From assembly GCA_028875245.1 (NCBI GenBank), contig JAPPEU010000033.1, forward strand, positions 24,992 through 88,991: a stretch of DNA of 64,000 nucleotides, in the 5' to 3' direction. Below the pieces are notes generated by a model that searched no databases, was not told the DNA's origin, and saw only the letters and a list, made by a program, of their open reading frames with translations. This DNA is from Chloroflexota bacterium. Its GTDB lineage: Bacteria > Chloroflexota > Anaerolineae > Aggregatilineales > Phototrophicaceae. Shown piece after piece: positions 62,675 through 64,000 of the stretch (its first letter is position 1; every line of letters begins with the position of its first letter). Made by a program: the position numbers and the translations under genes.

Positions 62675-64000
62675 TCAATCCAGCGGCGAGCGCAAATGCC
62701 AATCGGTCGCGCGCTGATAAGCCGCGCCCACTTGCAGGAGGCGCTCCTCCGTGAAGGGCGCGCCCAGGATTTGCAAGCCGATGGGCAAGCCGGCCGCGTC
62801 AAAGCCGCAGGGCAGGCTCAGGCCGGGGATGCCGGCCAGATTGGCCGATATCGTCAGCACATCGGCCAGGATCATACGCAGGGGATCCTCGGTCACCTCG
62901 CCGAATTTGAAGGCGGTGGATGGGGCGACCGGCGCGATCAAGACATCGACCTCGTTGAAGAGCGCGTCGAAGTCCTGCCGGATGAGCGTACGCACCGCCT
63001 GCGCCTTGCCATAGTAGGCGTCGTAATAGCCGGCCGAGAGCGTATAGGTGCCCAGCATGATGCGGCGCTTAACCTCTTCGCCGAAGCCGGCGCCACGCGT
63101 CTTTTTGTAGGTATCGATCAGATCGGCGCCATCGACGCGGGCGCCAAAACGGACGCCGTCGTAGCGGGCCAGGTTGGCGCTCGCCTCCGCCATGGCGATG
63201 ATGTAATAGGCGGGCAGGCAATAATCAGCGTGCTCAAAGCTGACTTCGCGCGCCTCGGCGCCCATGCCCTCCAAAGCAGTCACCGCCGCGCGCACCGCCG
63301 ACTCCACCGCCGGCTGCAAACCCTCGGCGAAGTATTCTTTGGGCAAACCGATTTTCAAGCCGCGGATGTCGCCGCTGAGCGCCGCGGCATAATCAGGCGC
63401 GGGCGTCGGCATGCTGGTCGAATCGAGCGGGTCCTGCCCGGCGATGACCGCCAGGACGCGCGCCAGATCGTCGACTGTGCGGGCGAAGGGGCCGGCCTGG
63501 TCGAAGGAGGAGCCATAAGCGATCAAGCCATAACGCGAGACGCGCCCGTAGCTTGGCTTGATGGCGGATACGCCGCAGAATGAGGCGGGCTGGCGAATGC
63601 TGCCGCCGGTGTCCGTGCCCAGGGTCGCCAGCGCCATGTTCGCCGCCACCGCCGCCGCGCTGCCGCCGCTGCTGCCGCCGGGCACATGATCGAGATTCCA
63701 GGGATTGGCGGTGGGGAAGAAGCCGCTGTTTTCGGTCGACGAGCCCATGGCGAACTCGTCCATATTCAGCTTGCCGAGCATGACGGCGCCGGCGGCATAC
63801 AGGCGGGCGACGGCGGTCGCGTCGAAGAGCGGACGATAACCCCGCAAGATTTTCGAGCCGCAGGTGGTTTCGATGCCTCTGGTCGAGAGCACATCCTTGA
63901 GGGCGATGGGGATGCCCAGCAGCGGGCGCTCGTCGCCGGCCGCGCGCGCCGCGTCAGCCGCCCGGGCCTGTTCGCGGGCAAAATCAGCGCTGACGGTCAA
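62675..64000 (-). CDS. gatA: Asp-tRNA(Asn)/Glu-tRNA(Gln) amidotransferase subunit A (5' end outside window)
   Basis: Amidase signature '[13 protein letters not shown]' and '[18 protein letters not shown]'. The ORF is open to the window edge. Confidence 0.9.
   Translation of the reverse strand: MTVSADFAREQARAADAARAAGDERPLLGIPIALKDVLSTRGIETTCGSKILRGYRPLFDATAVARLYAAGAVMLGKLNMDEFAMGSSTENSGFFPTANPWNLDHVPGGSSGGSAAAVAANMALATLGTDTGGSIRQPASFCGVSAIKPSYGRVSRYGLIAYGSSFDQAGPFARTVDDLARVLAVIAGQDPLDSTSMPTPAPDYAAALSGDIRGLKIGLPKEYFAEGLQPAVESAVRAAVTALEGMGAEAREVSFEHADYCLPAYYIIAMAEASANLARYDGVRFGARVDGADLIDTYKKTRGAGFGEEVKRRIMLGTYTLSAGYYDAYYGKAQAVRTLIRQDFDALFNEVDVLIAPVAPSTAFKFGEVTEDPLRMILADVLTISANLAGIPGLSLPCGFDAAGLPIGLQILGAPFTEERLLQVGAAYQRATDWHLRSPLD

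Noticed and set aside
1-64000. tRNA, rRNA, tmRNA or known riboswitch sequences
   Set aside because: No T-loop-like GGTTCGAATCC-type motif, rRNA-like conserved block or recognisable riboswitch core was seen on visual scanning. A covariance-model scan would be needed to be certain.

Overview
High-GC (about 60-65% by eye) bacterial chromosomal segment. The gene content and repeat style resemble a Chloroflexota-like organism, but taxonomy cannot be verified from here. All similarity statements below are by-eye motif reading and no searches were run.

Backbone genes:
- Housekeeping and catabolic genes: aminotransferase, SDR, M20, M23 and M42-like peptidases, an FHA protein, asnB and gatA.
- A LacI-controlled sugar ABC locus with two PhyH dioxygenases, two SnoaL/ester-cyclase-like proteins and an esterase.
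- A BMP-type nucleoside ABC transporter.
- Two nucleoside hydrolases, two PfkB kinases, YjbQ and a canonical ADP-ribosylglycohydrolase.

Most notable observations:
1. Four tandem ~435-aa ADP-ribosylglycohydrolase-like paralogs (17836..23892). They share an N-terminal extension and have an altered first metal motif. They sit among glycoside-hydrolase-like, PhyH, TIM-barrel and enolase-superfamily genes.
2. A low-GC module beside an orphan phage portal gene (11447..15393). It comprises a small protein, an XRE-ImmA fusion with HEXXH mutated to HALGH, an unknown 228-aa protein, and a methyltransferase fused to an Mrr-like nuclease domain.
3. Two further restriction-modification-type insertions. 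One is a type II R-M cassette splitting the nucleoside ABC operon (46544..49046). The other is a methyltransferase-HNH fusion with a DUF2442/DUF4160 pair (54119..56008).
4. A recurring pattern of small low-GC cargo segments bracketed by long direct duplications of the host sequence. They encode tiny membrane or coiled-coil proteins. The duplications are 39-50 nt at the asnB start, 45 nt at the asnB stop, and 78 nt identical promoter/5'UTR copies at 50384/51367. A foldback MITE has 19-bp direct repeats. No recombinase is present in the window.
5. Very dense intergenic repeat families: GTAG-type REP/BIME-like hairpins, a (CACAGAGG)n...TGGTGAA octamer module, a ~75-bp composite module in both orientations, and a five-unit 60-bp tandem array.
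6. A decayed second copy of the portal gene 3' end, about 9 kb from the intact copy.

No rRNA, tRNA or CRISPR array was recognised.
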